Source: Rhizophagus irregularis | Lineage: Eukaryota | Length of the DNA stretch: 64,000 nucleotides | NCBI RefSeq assembly: GCF_026210795.1 | Contig: NC_089429.1 | Location: forward strand, 2,604,001 to 2,668,000 | Direction of reading: 5' to 3' | Shown: one piece after another, positions 38,709-50,677 of the stretch | Layout of the letters: each line of letters begins with the position of its first letter | Numbering within the stretch: position 1 is the stretch's first letter | Notes under the pieces: model-generated | Seen by the model: only the letters and a program-made list of their open reading frames with translations | Database searches by the model: none | Told to the model about the DNA's origin: nothing | Translations under genes and position numbers: made by a program

Positions 38709-39863
38709 GTGTTGATACTCAAAATTGCGATTCTGTAGCTTGTTATATTAAATCACTATATGCACGTGATAAAAGAAGAATGTTGACTCCTTCCACCAGA
38801 AAAAGATGAATTTTTCAAATTCAGAGAGGAGAAAGGTAATAAATTTATATAAAGAGAATTATAAGTCCAATTTTACGGAATTAAAAAAAAAATAATAATT
38901 ATGTTTAAATATATTATTCGTTAAATTACAGGTATCTTTGGTAATGTTTTTCTTTTTTAATGTCCCATCAATTCATCAATCGTTCATTATTATTATTATT
39001 GGAAACGTAAAATAATATATGTTTAAGGGTGACGTAAATTTGAGTATGTGAGTTTAAAAAAATTGATGCATAAGTGATCAATAATTTACTTTTAACACTT
39101 GGAAGAAAAAAATATATAATAATTGTATCGATATTAATGCAAATTATGCAAATTATGATATCAAACGTAAGGAAAGAGAAATTTATTAAATATTTAATCT
39201 TTTCAAAATTTCGCGTAAAGCATTATACGTAGCATGTCAATGCTGTACGTGCAAATCTATTTTTGTCATTCATTATTCCTGAGTATAATAATCCCAAATT
39301 GTGTATTATAACAAATTCATTTTGTTAAGGTTTGTATAAATTCTCCACTGCAAGTCCACATGACGCATATTAAGAAAGTTTTTAATACTTGCATACTTTA
39401 ACTGTTAAGTGATAAACATTTTTAACTTCCCGCTAGAAAATCACATGATAAACTTTTCAAATTATCAGAAATTTCTTAATACATACAAAATATTTAGGTT
39501 TTTATAATTGAAAACATTTCTTTGATTCTTCTTTGATCCCTTATTTTTATCATTTTTTACGTTATGTGGTTTAAAAAACTTGTTTTATTAATTAAGTTTG
39601 GATTCTGATCTTGAAATTAACAAGAAACATTTCTGTAGAAAAAAAAAGTTTTCATTTTATTAATATGGATATCACCCGTTTTTAAATCGTCGTTTTTGAT
39701 TATGATTAGATGATATTTTGTTTATGTTCTCGTGATCGTGATCGACACCTTACATATCACGTGCTTTTAAAAAAATGTATTTATTTAGTTCGAACTGAAA
39801 ATATTTTTCACTCAATTTTTTCTTTTTTGTTTAATAAAATAAATTCTTTATGATAATTAAATT

Positions 39864-40724
39864 ATGAGCTCTAAAAGACTACGAAGAGGTAATAAACAAT
39901 GATTCATAAATCTGAAAAATCTCTATTTATTGATTTTTCTTTTTTATTGTAGGTAAGAGATCAAAAACATGGGACGAATCGACTTATGACCCATCAAATC
40001 AAGAAGAAGATGAGGATGAAGATATGGAAGATGAATATGAAAGAGAATTTGAAGAGGATGAAGAATTAGAAGAAGATGAAGAAGATGAAGATGTTGAAAT
40101 GACGGTACCCGAAGTTGAAATTGAAGAAACCGAAGAAGAAGTGGAAATTGATGACTTTTCAAGGCATAGACATGGTCTAATAGAAACTTATGAAGTTGAT
40201 TCCATAATTCAAAAAAAATTTGAAAATGTAAAGAAAAAAAATTCTTTTGAATTATTACTATAAAATATCATTATGTTGTTAATTCTCTATTACTTTTTTT
40301 TTATCATAGGGTCGTGAAATGTTTCTAGTTCAATGGAAAGGTTATACCAAACCTACGTGAGTAAATCGTTCGATTTATTTGTTTAATCACAAAATTGATT
40401 ATTAATTCACGTTAATTTTTTAGATGGGAACCGCGTGAAAATCTTGATAATTGTACTGAAGCGTTAGATAGTTTTTTTAGTTTAATTAAAGATGCTGATT
40501 TTGATTCGAAATCAGAGTCCGACTTAAAGCATGAAAAATGGAGGTCATCTATTAAAGAAGCTTACGAAACAAGTAAAAAATTTGATTATGAGATTTATGA
40601 AAAATATATTCTTAGAAGAGGTCTCATTGAAGTTGGAGAGGGTTATAAGATTGAAAGTGTTCCATTTGCTAATATTGCAAGTAGTGCAAGTAGACAGAAT
40701 AGTATTTCTTCTTTGAAAGGTTAA
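39864..40724 (+). CDS. Chromodomain protein with acidic N-terminus, 4 exons
   Basis: Spliced translation has YEVDSIIQKKFENGREMFLVQWKGYTKPTWEPRENLDNC (chromodomain, aromatic cage Y/W/Y) after a long D/E tract; ends SSLKG*. Confidence 0.85.
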
Positions 40725-41606
40725 TTAATTAATGCAATTAGCTTATTTATTAATGCCAAACTTAGATATTATCAAATGTAATTTTTGAATCGATTCATTA
40801 TATATAACTGCTATCATCGCATTTTTGTTGACGAAATATTATTTAGTCAACTTCGGTATTGATTGTTCGATCATTTCAACATTAGAACTACAATATCACT
40901 GGATATCCTACAAATCAACCTGATGGAGTAGGTACAAATTATACGTGGTTACAGGCGTGCATCGGTGATGTTATAGATGGATTTTATGATTTATACCAGG
41001 AATGAGTTTTATATATAATAATACAATTTTCTGGAATAAAATACTGTGATTCATTGATTATTTGAAAGCTAAGAGTATGGTTATATGAAAATTAGTATTT
41101 TTAGTATTAATAAATAGAAGATTCTATCTCCGCATTTGATCATTATAAAAATTTTGTTAAATAACTTTCTATTTGATGGATTTTCCTTTTTTTCTATAAA
41201 TGGTATATTTTATTGATTGAAAATTTATAATTCTAGTTCAAGTATGAATTTAATCATTAATTATTAATAAATTATATCTTAAATTTCTCGATTTTTAACT
41301 CTATATTAATTAGAGAATGATTTAATGAATATCGTGAATCCGGTGCACTCATGAATTTTTTGTAATCATATAGACAATAGCAAAATAACCAAAATATATA
41401 AATATGTGTATATATGAAAAACTATACATTTAATTTATGAAAAAATGGATCCTGTCCACTTTATCAAGACGAGAAAAATTTACAGTGTGAAAAAAAAAAA
41501 TTGTCCATTCAATCTAAATCTATAATGCTGTTAGAAAAAAACAAGAGTTCTATTCAGGAATCTAATAGTCAACTGTTAAAGTAGATTAAAGTGAGAATAA
41601 AATAAA

Positions 41607-42959
41607 TCATGAATGAGGAACATTATGAGCCACAGAAGCTGGACGATTTTCCAATACACCCTTTGCTATGACATCAACCTTAATTTCGGCATTATTTATA
41701 GATTGTATTGTGACGATACCTTTAACTTCACCTTCCGCTCTTGGTTGGAAACGAACAGGAATAATAGAGAAACCTCCAGGTTTAACCACGACACTATTCA
41801 TAGGAAGAGATAAAACAAATTTACCTCCAGGGCCAGTTGAAGTATCAACTTTACAAGTAAGTCTAATTGACTCTTTTGAAACATTTGTTATTTTAATGCC
41901 CATAGATCTTTGTTTACCGACTCTCGTAGGAGGCATTTTAATTTCAGATCCTTCAACTTCAAATTTCACTTCTTTTTTTGGAGGTTTATGTTTTTGTAGT
42001 AAGGCACTAAAAGTATTTTCTGTAGCAACTCCTTGAAATTTCATACTAACAGAATCAACCTCATTTGTACCAGCTTCAGAGGCATCTTCTAATACAAATG
42101 TTTGCATATAAGATCCAACACCTAAAGGACAAAAATGTACATCAACTCTTTCAGCATGTTTTGGACCTAGAAACCCTCTTGGTTTAGTTACTTTGAAAAT
42201 ATCATCTTCAACTTCTACTGCTGCATTTGTTGCTGTACCTAAACGACGAAACGTTGGTTTGCCAGCGGCAGTTAAACTCCAAGAGATCTGTTTTTCCGTT
42301 GGATTAAAAATATGAAAAACTCCAATCGTTAATTCACGTATATTAGCAGAAGGAAAATTGATTTCACCAGGAACACCAATATGTATAAAGTTTGCGCTAG
42401 TTAGTGGTTCTCTAAGTGGTCTCATTTCATGTTGATCATTTTGTAAGAATCCTGTAGTATTTTTACGTTTAGAAATATCTGGAGTATTTGAACGACTTCT
42501 AGAAGTTGTTCGAGAACCTGTTGGAGTATAAGTGGATTCTCTATTCTTTCTTCGAGATATTCTATTGATATCCGGAGTGTTCGAACGACTATTTATTCCT
42601 GTACGAGCAGGTGTAGAATGTGATCTTTTATTACTACTCCCGGAACCCTTTTCACTACTTGGAGTATTTGACCCACTACTAGTTTTTGAAGGCGTTATAG
42701 GTGATTCTGATGAGACATTTCCTATTTCAACTGCTGTTTTATCTGTATCCGGAGAATTTGGTCGCGTTTCATTGGAAGTTGTTGTCGTATTACTTTTAGG
42801 CTCTTCGACATTAGGCTTGGTTGATTCTGGACTAACTAGAGGAGAGTCGGTCGGGGAAGATGTGAGAATATTTGACTTCTCATCACTTTCCAGTATAGTT
42901 GGAAGGTTCGGTTCACTGGCAAAAAATTCCGCCGCATTAAAGCTTTGGCTATCTTCCAT
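41607..42959 (-). CDS. ASH/PapD-like Ig-domain protein resembling the C-terminal domains of Cep192/Spd-2, 450 aa
   Basis: Disordered S/T/P-rich N-half, then two beta-sandwich repeats: INFPS...IFNPTEKQISWSLT...FKV...GFL...VDVHFCP...GSYMQTF and IKMPPTRVGKQR...IKITN...IPVRFQPRAEGEVKGIVTI. Confidence 0.7.
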   Translation of the reverse strand: MEDSQSFNAAEFFASEPNLPTILESDEKSNILTSSPTDSPLVSPESTKPNVEEPKSNTTTTSNETRPNSPDTDKTAVEIGNVSSESPITPSKTSSGSNTPSSEKGSGSSNKRSHSTPARTGINSRSNTPDINRISRRKNRESTYTPTGSRTTSRSRSNTPDISKRKNTTGFLQNDQHEMRPLREPLTSANFIHIGVPGEINFPSANIRELTIGVFHIFNPTEKQISWSLTAAGKPTFRRLGTATNAAVEVEDDIFKVTKPRGFLGPKHAERVDVHFCPLGVGSYMQTFVLEDASEAGTNEVDSVSMKFQGVATENTFSALLQKHKPPKKEVKFEVEGSEIKMPPTRVGKQRSMGIKITNVSKESIRLTCKVDTSTGPGGKFVLSLPMNSVVVKPGGFSIIPVRFQPRAEGEVKGIVTIQSINNAEIKVDVIAKGVLENRPASVAHNVPHS

Positions 42960-43387
42960 TATATCTTAAACTCAAAAAATAAAATATAAAAAAAAAGAAA
43001 GAAATAGGAATCGATCAAGAAATTGCATATCGACATATTTTTTATATCAGATGTAGTGCTATACTTGTTACACTCCCTTGGTGGCTTATAAGGATACAAC
43101 ACAATCAGGATTGTGCAGATAAATAAACCCCGTTTTGTAAAAATTAGAAAGTTACGCAATGATTAATCAGACGATCCGAATTTAAACAGTTAATTTAAGA
43201 TTAAAAATTAACCTTCTATGACAGTGTATGAGAATTACGGTAAATAAAGCCGACATCCACGAATCCTAATAATATGTCATAAAATGTATCGAATCTTTGG
43301 TGACTCATTACAAACAATCTTTTTATATTTATATAAAAGCCAAATTCATCTAATATCACGAAATTTAACTGACGAGATAATTAAATC

Positions 43388-43839
43388 ATGGCCGATAATA
43401 CTGATCCTATTACTGCAATGACTGCTGGTTCCCGATCCGGTATCCTATATCTTCTATAAATGGATCAAGTGCTATTTTAATTTTATTAATCAATTCTTAT
43501 TGAAAATATTTTTAAATACAGCTGCACTTATAGATGAAGATATAGCATGTGCAGTTCCTGAACTTACTTCTGGAAATTACAGTTGTGTAAATCAAGATGT
43601 CGCTCATGCCACTCTTGAAGAAAAATTTGGAAAATACCATGAATATTACGAAACCGTTAAGGTAATTTTTAAACATATTTGTTCTTTCACGATAATTATT
43701 CTAAATTTATACATTTACTTTTGAAATTATAAAGGATAAGGTTGTAAATTTTATGAGAGGAAGCATCAGTAAACAAAGCACTTCTGAAGACGAAAGCAAG
43801 GAAGCTATTAATATTACTTCTTTAAAGAAAAGTCCGTGA
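43388..43839 (+). CDS. Small hypothetical protein (~95-100 aa), 3 exons
   Basis: ATG 43388; acceptors ending 43521 and 43734 and donor at 43662 give an open spliced frame ending KKSP*; no recognised domain. Confidence 0.6.
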
Positions 43840-44365
43840 TTAATTTTATCATAAAAAAAAATCTTCATTTTATTAATGAACAAATCTATAATAAAATAAA
43901 TATTTTTTACAACCATAAGTCACATGACTTAATTTTTTCATACATAATCTTTTTCTGCTCCTTTTTTTTATTCAAATATGCTATTATATCAAGAATTTAA
44001 TTACATTTATGGTATTCTACAATATTACAATACCCTATGATGGACTTATTTTATCACAATTGCTCAATGTTTAATTTCTTCCACAACCTTTATTGATTAA
44101 TCTTATCATTTTAAAATAAAACGATAACCTTTTGAAGTTTATTAAGAATTCATTACCATTTAACATTATGTTAAAGTAACGCTTCATAGGCCTCATTCAC
44201 TCATTGATACAGACAATTGGCTAATCAGATCGCTTACCATTCTTCAAAACCACTGTCGGTTAAATGATCTGCATGATGCATTTCCATCTAGGCTCAAATA
44301 GATTTTTTTCACAAAAATTTCTACTTTGACCTTTTTCCCGGTGGAAATTGTTTTTTTTTTAAACA

Positions 44366-46419
44366 ATGATTCACTTTAATCGTGTTACAAAATTTCAATC
44401 ACATAATCTTATATTTAAAGAACACTATTTAACTAGATTATATACTACTAATAAAAAAAATTCGACAACCCTTGTATCTCGGTTGGATAAATTAAAGTTT
44501 TCTCTTGTAAATGATAAGAATCCTGCTCTTTTACAAAAAAGAAATTTGAATCAAGATACTAATGCTGCAGGAGTATGGGATCCTTTTCCTGGTAATTTTT
44601 TGATAATTTGTTTATATGCACGCATTTGCTATTGAAATTATTTTTACGCTTCATTCGGATACGATTCATTAAAATAGATCCTTTTCAGCCAATTGTCGAA
44701 TATTCTGCAGAAACCGCACTGGGTGATGATGATGACGAGAAATCTGATCCAAAAAAGAAAAGAAGACTAGTGGGCAAAATTGATTCTCGTCCTTTACCAC
44801 CTCCAAAAAAGTCTTTCATGTCACCTCGTGTAATGGATGCCGTTTTAACTACTGTAATGGGTTTAGCGGCTGTAGGTCTTGGTGGTGTGTTTTATCAAGC
44901 ATGGTAAATAAATCAAGAAAAATTATTAATTTTAAATAAAAGATAAATTTTTTATATATATAATTTTTTTTTTAATAAGGTATGAATGGAATGAAAATCA
45001 TAAGGTTATGTTATCATTTACAAGGCCAGCACCATTACTTAAATCAAGAACATCTGAATCATTTTTTGCTAGAGCAGAACAAAAAAAAATTGTAAATGTT
45101 GTGGCAGGTCATGGTTCGGCAAAGTATTATTTACTTGTAGGTGAAAGAGGAACAGGAAAAACTCAATTAATATTAAATGCAATGGAAAAAATTGGACATT
45201 ATGGAGTTGTATTTTGCGATGCTCATTCAGATAGTGAAGTTTTCAAAACAAGGTTAGGAAAAGCTTTAAATTATACGTATAGAGAAGACTATGTTGGTCA
45301 ACTCTTTGCTAGAGAAGCACCTGAAAGAGGTATGTTTTTTTTATAAAAAATCTTTTCTTTTGAATCCCTTTTGTTTGAAATTTTATTAATTTATTGAATT
45401 TTATTATTTTTTAGGGTCTGCGTTGTTAGATGTCGAGAAAGCATTAAATATGGTTGAAGCAGTTGCAATTAAATATGTCAGAAGAAGAGGTCGTCCGTTA
45501 GTTCTAATCATTAATAACATTCATTCATTTGGAGATGACGAAGAGGGTGAAGACTTGTTGGAACTTCTTCAACAACGTGCAGAATCATGGGCTGCTTCCA
45601 GACTGGTTACATTAATCTTCAACACTGATGATTATAGTGTATATGAACGGATGAGTAAGTTTAGTTCCTTTTATATAAATTCTGGTTATGTTCGATGGAT
45701 TCTAATGATTTCACTTTGATTTAGAACGAGATGCATCTCGTATGGACACGATTAGAATTAATGAGTTGACACATGAAGAAGCAGTAAGATTATTGAAAGA
45801 AAAACGTCGTGGTCGCGAAACAGATGAAGAAATTGAAGATATTATTAAAAATCGTATTGGAGGTCGTCTTTCCTATGTAAATCGATTGGGAAGAGAAGAA
45901 AGTATTGAGGGTAAGTAAAAAAAGGTCTAAATTTCAAATTTCAAATAAATTAATTTTTTTTAAATAGATACCGCACGTCAACTTGAAAGTGAAGAACGAT
46001 CATGGATTGTAACTCAAATTGGATTAATTCCAGATTTTGAAGAAACAGCATTTGATAATCAAAAATATGCATCGTGTGCATGGAAATTAATTAAGGCTAT
46101 AGTTAAATCTGAAGAAAAAAAATTACCAATAAATGAATGTAGAATTATCACAGGGAACCCGAAATGGATAGAAATGTTAGATCATGATAATATTATTATG
46201 GTTGATGATCATCATAATGTTAAAGCCGATTCAAAAATTTTACAAAATATTTTTGAAGAAATAGTTAATTCGGAAGGGTTTGAAGAATTATTAGATAATG
46301 TTTGTGAAAGAGTTGAAGAAGTTGATAAAGAACAAAGAACAAGAGAATTGATATGGAGTAAAAAGAATGATCAAGTGATTAGATTTGGTCAACCAAAGAA
46401 AGGAGGTTGGTTCTGGTAA
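44366..46419 (+). CDS. Membrane-anchored P-loop (AAA+/STAND-like) ATPase with probable mitochondrial targeting peptide, multi-exon
   Basis: Basic presequence-like N-terminus, one TM helix (AVLTTVMGLAAVGLGGVFY), Walker A GERGTGKT, Walker B-like LVLIINN, IGGRL motif, ends KKGGWFW*. Confidence 0.8.
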
Positions 46420-46574
46420 TTTATGTATAACTATTTTTTATTGTATATTTATATTTATTAGAATAGAAGTTAAATTTACTTATTATATTAAAAAAAAAAA
46501 AAAATTCCGATATTAGGAAATTTATGGGTCAATTATTTTTTCTTGATGCTCTTTTTATTGTAAAGAACTTTTAA

Positions 46575-46645
46575 CCTCGTGAGATAATTTCCTCATGAGA
46601 TAATTACCTCGTGAGATAATTTTTAATTTAACCTAGTGAGATAAT
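46575..46645. promoter_or_regulatory. Four copies of cctcgtgagataat upstream of GSH1
   Basis: cctcgtgagataat / cctcatgagataat / cctcgtgagataat / cctagtgagataat, about 200-270 bp upstream of the ATG; regulatory role is inferred. Confidence 0.45.
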
Positions 46646-46843
46646 CAACCAATAAAAGTTGTGCCGATCTACGATAGTTCTACGATTATTCAGCAATATC
46701 TTGTAGAAACTTTTCTTCCCCATTACTGTATTATATATTTATTTTAACTTGTTTTTAAGGACTTTAAATTTGAAAATTATCAATAAAACTATATAAAAAT
46801 TCAGATATAAAAAAGTTGTTTTCGTTTTTTCTTAAATTTAAAC

Positions 46844-49653
46844 ATGGGTTTGTTATCTTTGGGTACACCATTACCATGGGAAGAAGCAAAAAATTATGCG
46901 GATTATATTCGCCATCATGGTATAAAGCAATTTTTATGGATTTATCATAAATTAAAAGATAAACAAAACGATTGTTTATTATGGGGTGATGAGGTAAAAA
47001 TTTAAATGATGAAAATTTTTTGATATTAGTATTTTTTTTTTTAATTTGATCGAATTTGATCTAATAGGTTGAATATATGGTAATTGCATTTGATGAAGAA
47101 AATAAGAATGCAAAATTATCCTTAAGATTATATGAAATTTTGAATGAATTACAAAAAGAGGAAGAAGCAGCTTTAAAAAATCCAAATTCTGAGTAAATTT
47201 TTCATCATACTCGCAGTTTTCATTTGATTTATAATTTTTCTACATTACTTAATTAAATAAATTAAATTTTAGTAAAATGGTTAAAACTTCATGGAAACCG
47301 GAATACGGGGCATATATGCTTGAGGGTACTCCAGGGGTCCCATATGGAGGAACTTTGAAGGAATTACTTCAAGTTGAATCAAACATGAAGTATCGTAGAC
47401 AACTTGCAGCAAAATATATGAAACCGAATGAAGTTCCAATTACTATAGCTAGTTTTCCAAGACTTGGTTGCCAAGGTCAATTCCTGGAGCCTCATTATGA
47501 ACCAAAGGGTGAAGCTTCAAGAAGCTTATTTGTACCTGATGAAATAATTAATCCACATGCAAGATTCCCGTAAGTAAAGTTATTGTCATTGCATAATATA
47601 AATCCTACGAAATTTGTTAATTTTTTTTAATTTTGAAACATTATTAGGACATTAACTGCTAATATTCGAAAACGCAGAGGATCGAAAGTTGCAATTAATA
47701 TGCCAATTTTTCATGATATAAAAACTCCAAAACCTTTTATAGATCCAACAATTCCAAGAAATCGTAATTTATTTCCCGAAGACAAGGAGGCTGCTGAAGG
47801 CATGGCATTACCTGACCATATTTATATGGATGCCATGGTTTTTGGTATGGGTTGTTGTTGCCTTCAGATTACTTTTCAAGCTTGTAATATTGAAGAAGCA
47901 AGAAGACTTTATGACCAATTGGCTAATATAGGTCCTATAATGGTAAATCAAATCAATCTTATTCCGATTGTTAAATTTTATTGGAAATTAATTCATCTCT
48001 TATTTGTAGTTAGCTTTATCAGCAGCTGCTCCAATTTATAGAGGATATCTTTCAGATGTGGATTGTAGATGGAATGTTATAGCAGGCAGTGTTGATGATC
48101 GTACTAAAGAAGAACGTGGTCTAGAGGTTTTTAAACTTCGTAATTTTGCCGAAAAAAAAAAAAAAATTGAACAACATCTAGGAATTTTCATTTAAATATC
48201 TTTCTTCTCTCTTTAGCCTCTTAAGAATAATCGTTTTGTTATTAATAAATCTCGTTATGATTCAATTGATTGTTATATCTCTACGGATAAGACATTTAAG
48301 CCTGAATATAATGATTTGGATTTAGTGTACGATAAAGAAATCTGTAAAAATTTGATGGATAATGGTTAGTAAATTTAAGATATATATATATATTTTTTAA
48401 CATTTAATTATTAAGTGATAAATTTATTATTTGTAGGAATTGATGAACTTTTAGCTCGTCATGTAGCTCATTTGTTTATTAGAGATCCTTTAGTTATTTT
48501 TAAAGAATCATTGGAGGAACAGAATGACGAAAACGTTTCTGATCATTTTGAGGTATTTTACATTTGTTTCCATCTGATTTTATTTCATTATTAATCTATC
48601 TAAATTTGAGAAAAAAACTTTATCCAGAACATACAATCAACAAATTGGCAAACAATGAGATTTAAACCTCCCCCACCTAATTCAAACATAGGTTGGAGAG
48701 TAGAATTTCGCAGTATGGAAATTCAAATCACAGATTTCGAAAATGCTGCATTTGCAGTATTTATTGTTTTATTAACTAGAGCAATCTTAAGCTATGGATT
48801 AAATTTTTATATCCCTATTTCAAAGGTAATTATTAATATTTATTTTATTACGATTTCTATTTAATTATTTGTAATAATAATTATTTTATAGGTTGATGAA
48901 AATATGAAAATGGCTCATAGAAGGGATGCCGTATTAAGTGAGAAATTTTGGTTTAGGAAAAATGTGTTTGAAAAAAATAATATTATGTATGACGATTACG
49001 TAAATGTAGATAATGGTATGTTTGATGTTGATATTTATTATTTTTTGTAATAATAATCTTTCAAACATTAATATTACATACAATATCCAATTTAAAGATA
49101 ATATAAGCATACAGCAACAAAATGTACATAATAATAATAACTCATTAGATAATAAGTCAATTTCCATTGAAGATGAATATGAACAAATGAGTATTGATAA
49201 TATTATTAATGGAGATGTAGGTTGTTTATTTGTACTTAAAAATTTAACTTCATTAATTCTAATTCGTGGTTATTTTTTCTTTCAGGGTGATAAGTTTCCG
49301 GGATTGATAACTTTAATAAATCATTATCTAGAATCAATTAATATTGATATTGAATCAAGATGTATATTAGGAAAATATTTGGAATTTGTTAAAAAAAAGG
49401 CTAAAGGTAATTTTAAATTTTTATACAATTAAATAATACTAAATTACTACAAAATTTAATTTAATTTTACTTTAAATTAGGTGAAATACAAACAACAGCA
49501 AAGTGGATACGTGAATTTGTTAGATCCCATCCAAAATATCAACAGGATTCTGTTGTTACGCAAGAAATTAATTACGATCTAATGAAAACTATTGAGAAGA
49601 TTCAAAAAGGCGAAGCAGAGACTCCTGAATTATTGGGGAATTTTAAAGTTTAA
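46844..49653 (+). CDS. GSH1: Glutamate-cysteine ligase catalytic subunit (gamma-glutamylcysteine synthetase), multi-exon
   Basis: [91 protein letters not shown]. Confidence 0.97.
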
Positions 49654-50078
49654 AATAATTTAAAGGTATATTTATATTTTGATTATTTATTTAGTATTAC
49701 GTAATATTTTAGGGGTTTTTGAAGGTCTTATTATATATATTACATGGGGTGGGGTATAGACTTATAATAAATGGATATTACGTAACTAAATGTTTTCTTA
49801 TGTAGAATATTATAATATATATTATTGATTTTTTTTTATTTTTTCTTATACAACATTTTAGTATTTACAAATAACAAATAGTATTTTAGGTAAGAGTTTA
49901 ATTTTTTTTTGTTTTAATGTTGACTTTTGAATCAAATATTGAACTTTTGAAATTAATTTAATGCAACTTTTCATTATTTTATATATAGATATATATTATA
50001 TATATATATATATAATATATGATTATTGCTATTTCAATCATATTTTCTTGATTAAAATCAAAATACTAAATATTTGCA

Positions 50079-50299
50079 TAGGTCAGACCAATTAAAAAGT
50101 TTGTTTAACATGTGAAGTTAAAAATATGAGAGGGATAGCAAATAGCTTGAACAAAGATTTTTGATTGGCTGAAATATGAATAATATAATAATTCTTGAAT
50201 ATTCATATGATTCTTTACAATTTTATCCAACCAAATGTATTTTGAAGACAAAAAAGAAAGGGAGTTATGTTAAACAAACTATTTACTTGGTCTGGTCTA
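50079..50299. mobile_element. MITE with ~33-bp TIRs, TAG...CTA termini
   Basis: taggtcagaccaattaaaaagtttgtttaacat versus revcomp of atgttaaacaaactatttacttggtctggtcta; no clean TSD. Confidence 0.7.
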
Positions 50300-50596
50300 A
50301 ACATTAATTAGTCAATAAATTTAACTAAAAATTAATTTTAAAAGTAAATATTAAAAATTTATTATTATTATTATTATTAAAATATTATATAATAGTAAAG
50401 TAATTGTAATAAATCTTATAAATAAAGTCTAATTATTATAAGATTACAGGTTCAATTCCAGTTGCTACTGGAAATTAAAAGTAGAAATATATATTACATT
50501 GTAGCAGATTTATAAAATTTGGCAAAAATCCTGCTATACCTTCAGATTAAAATTGACTTACAGAAACATTAAATTTTTTTCCTAAAAAATATATAT

Positions 50597-50677
50597 TAGT
50601 TATTTGATAGGAGGGTTAGAATATCACCAAACTGGGAAGCAGTTCGGATGATATTTAACACCCCTATCAAATAACTG
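50597..50677. repeat. ~80-bp fold-back hairpin (tiny MITE-like)
   Basis: agttatttgatagg...aatatca..aactg / cagtt..tgatatt...cctatcaaataact. Confidence 0.7.

Noticed and set aside
38763..39763. Recurrent CACGTG boxes upstream of several genes
   Set aside because: Common bHLH motif; enrichment cannot be shown without statistics
41613..42969. Plus-strand ORFs opposite the ASH-domain gene
   Set aside because: Antisense shadows
50390..50472. tRNA-like T-loop (aggttcaattcc) preceded by a hairpin
   Set aside because: No acceptor stem or D-arm can be built; at most a decayed relic
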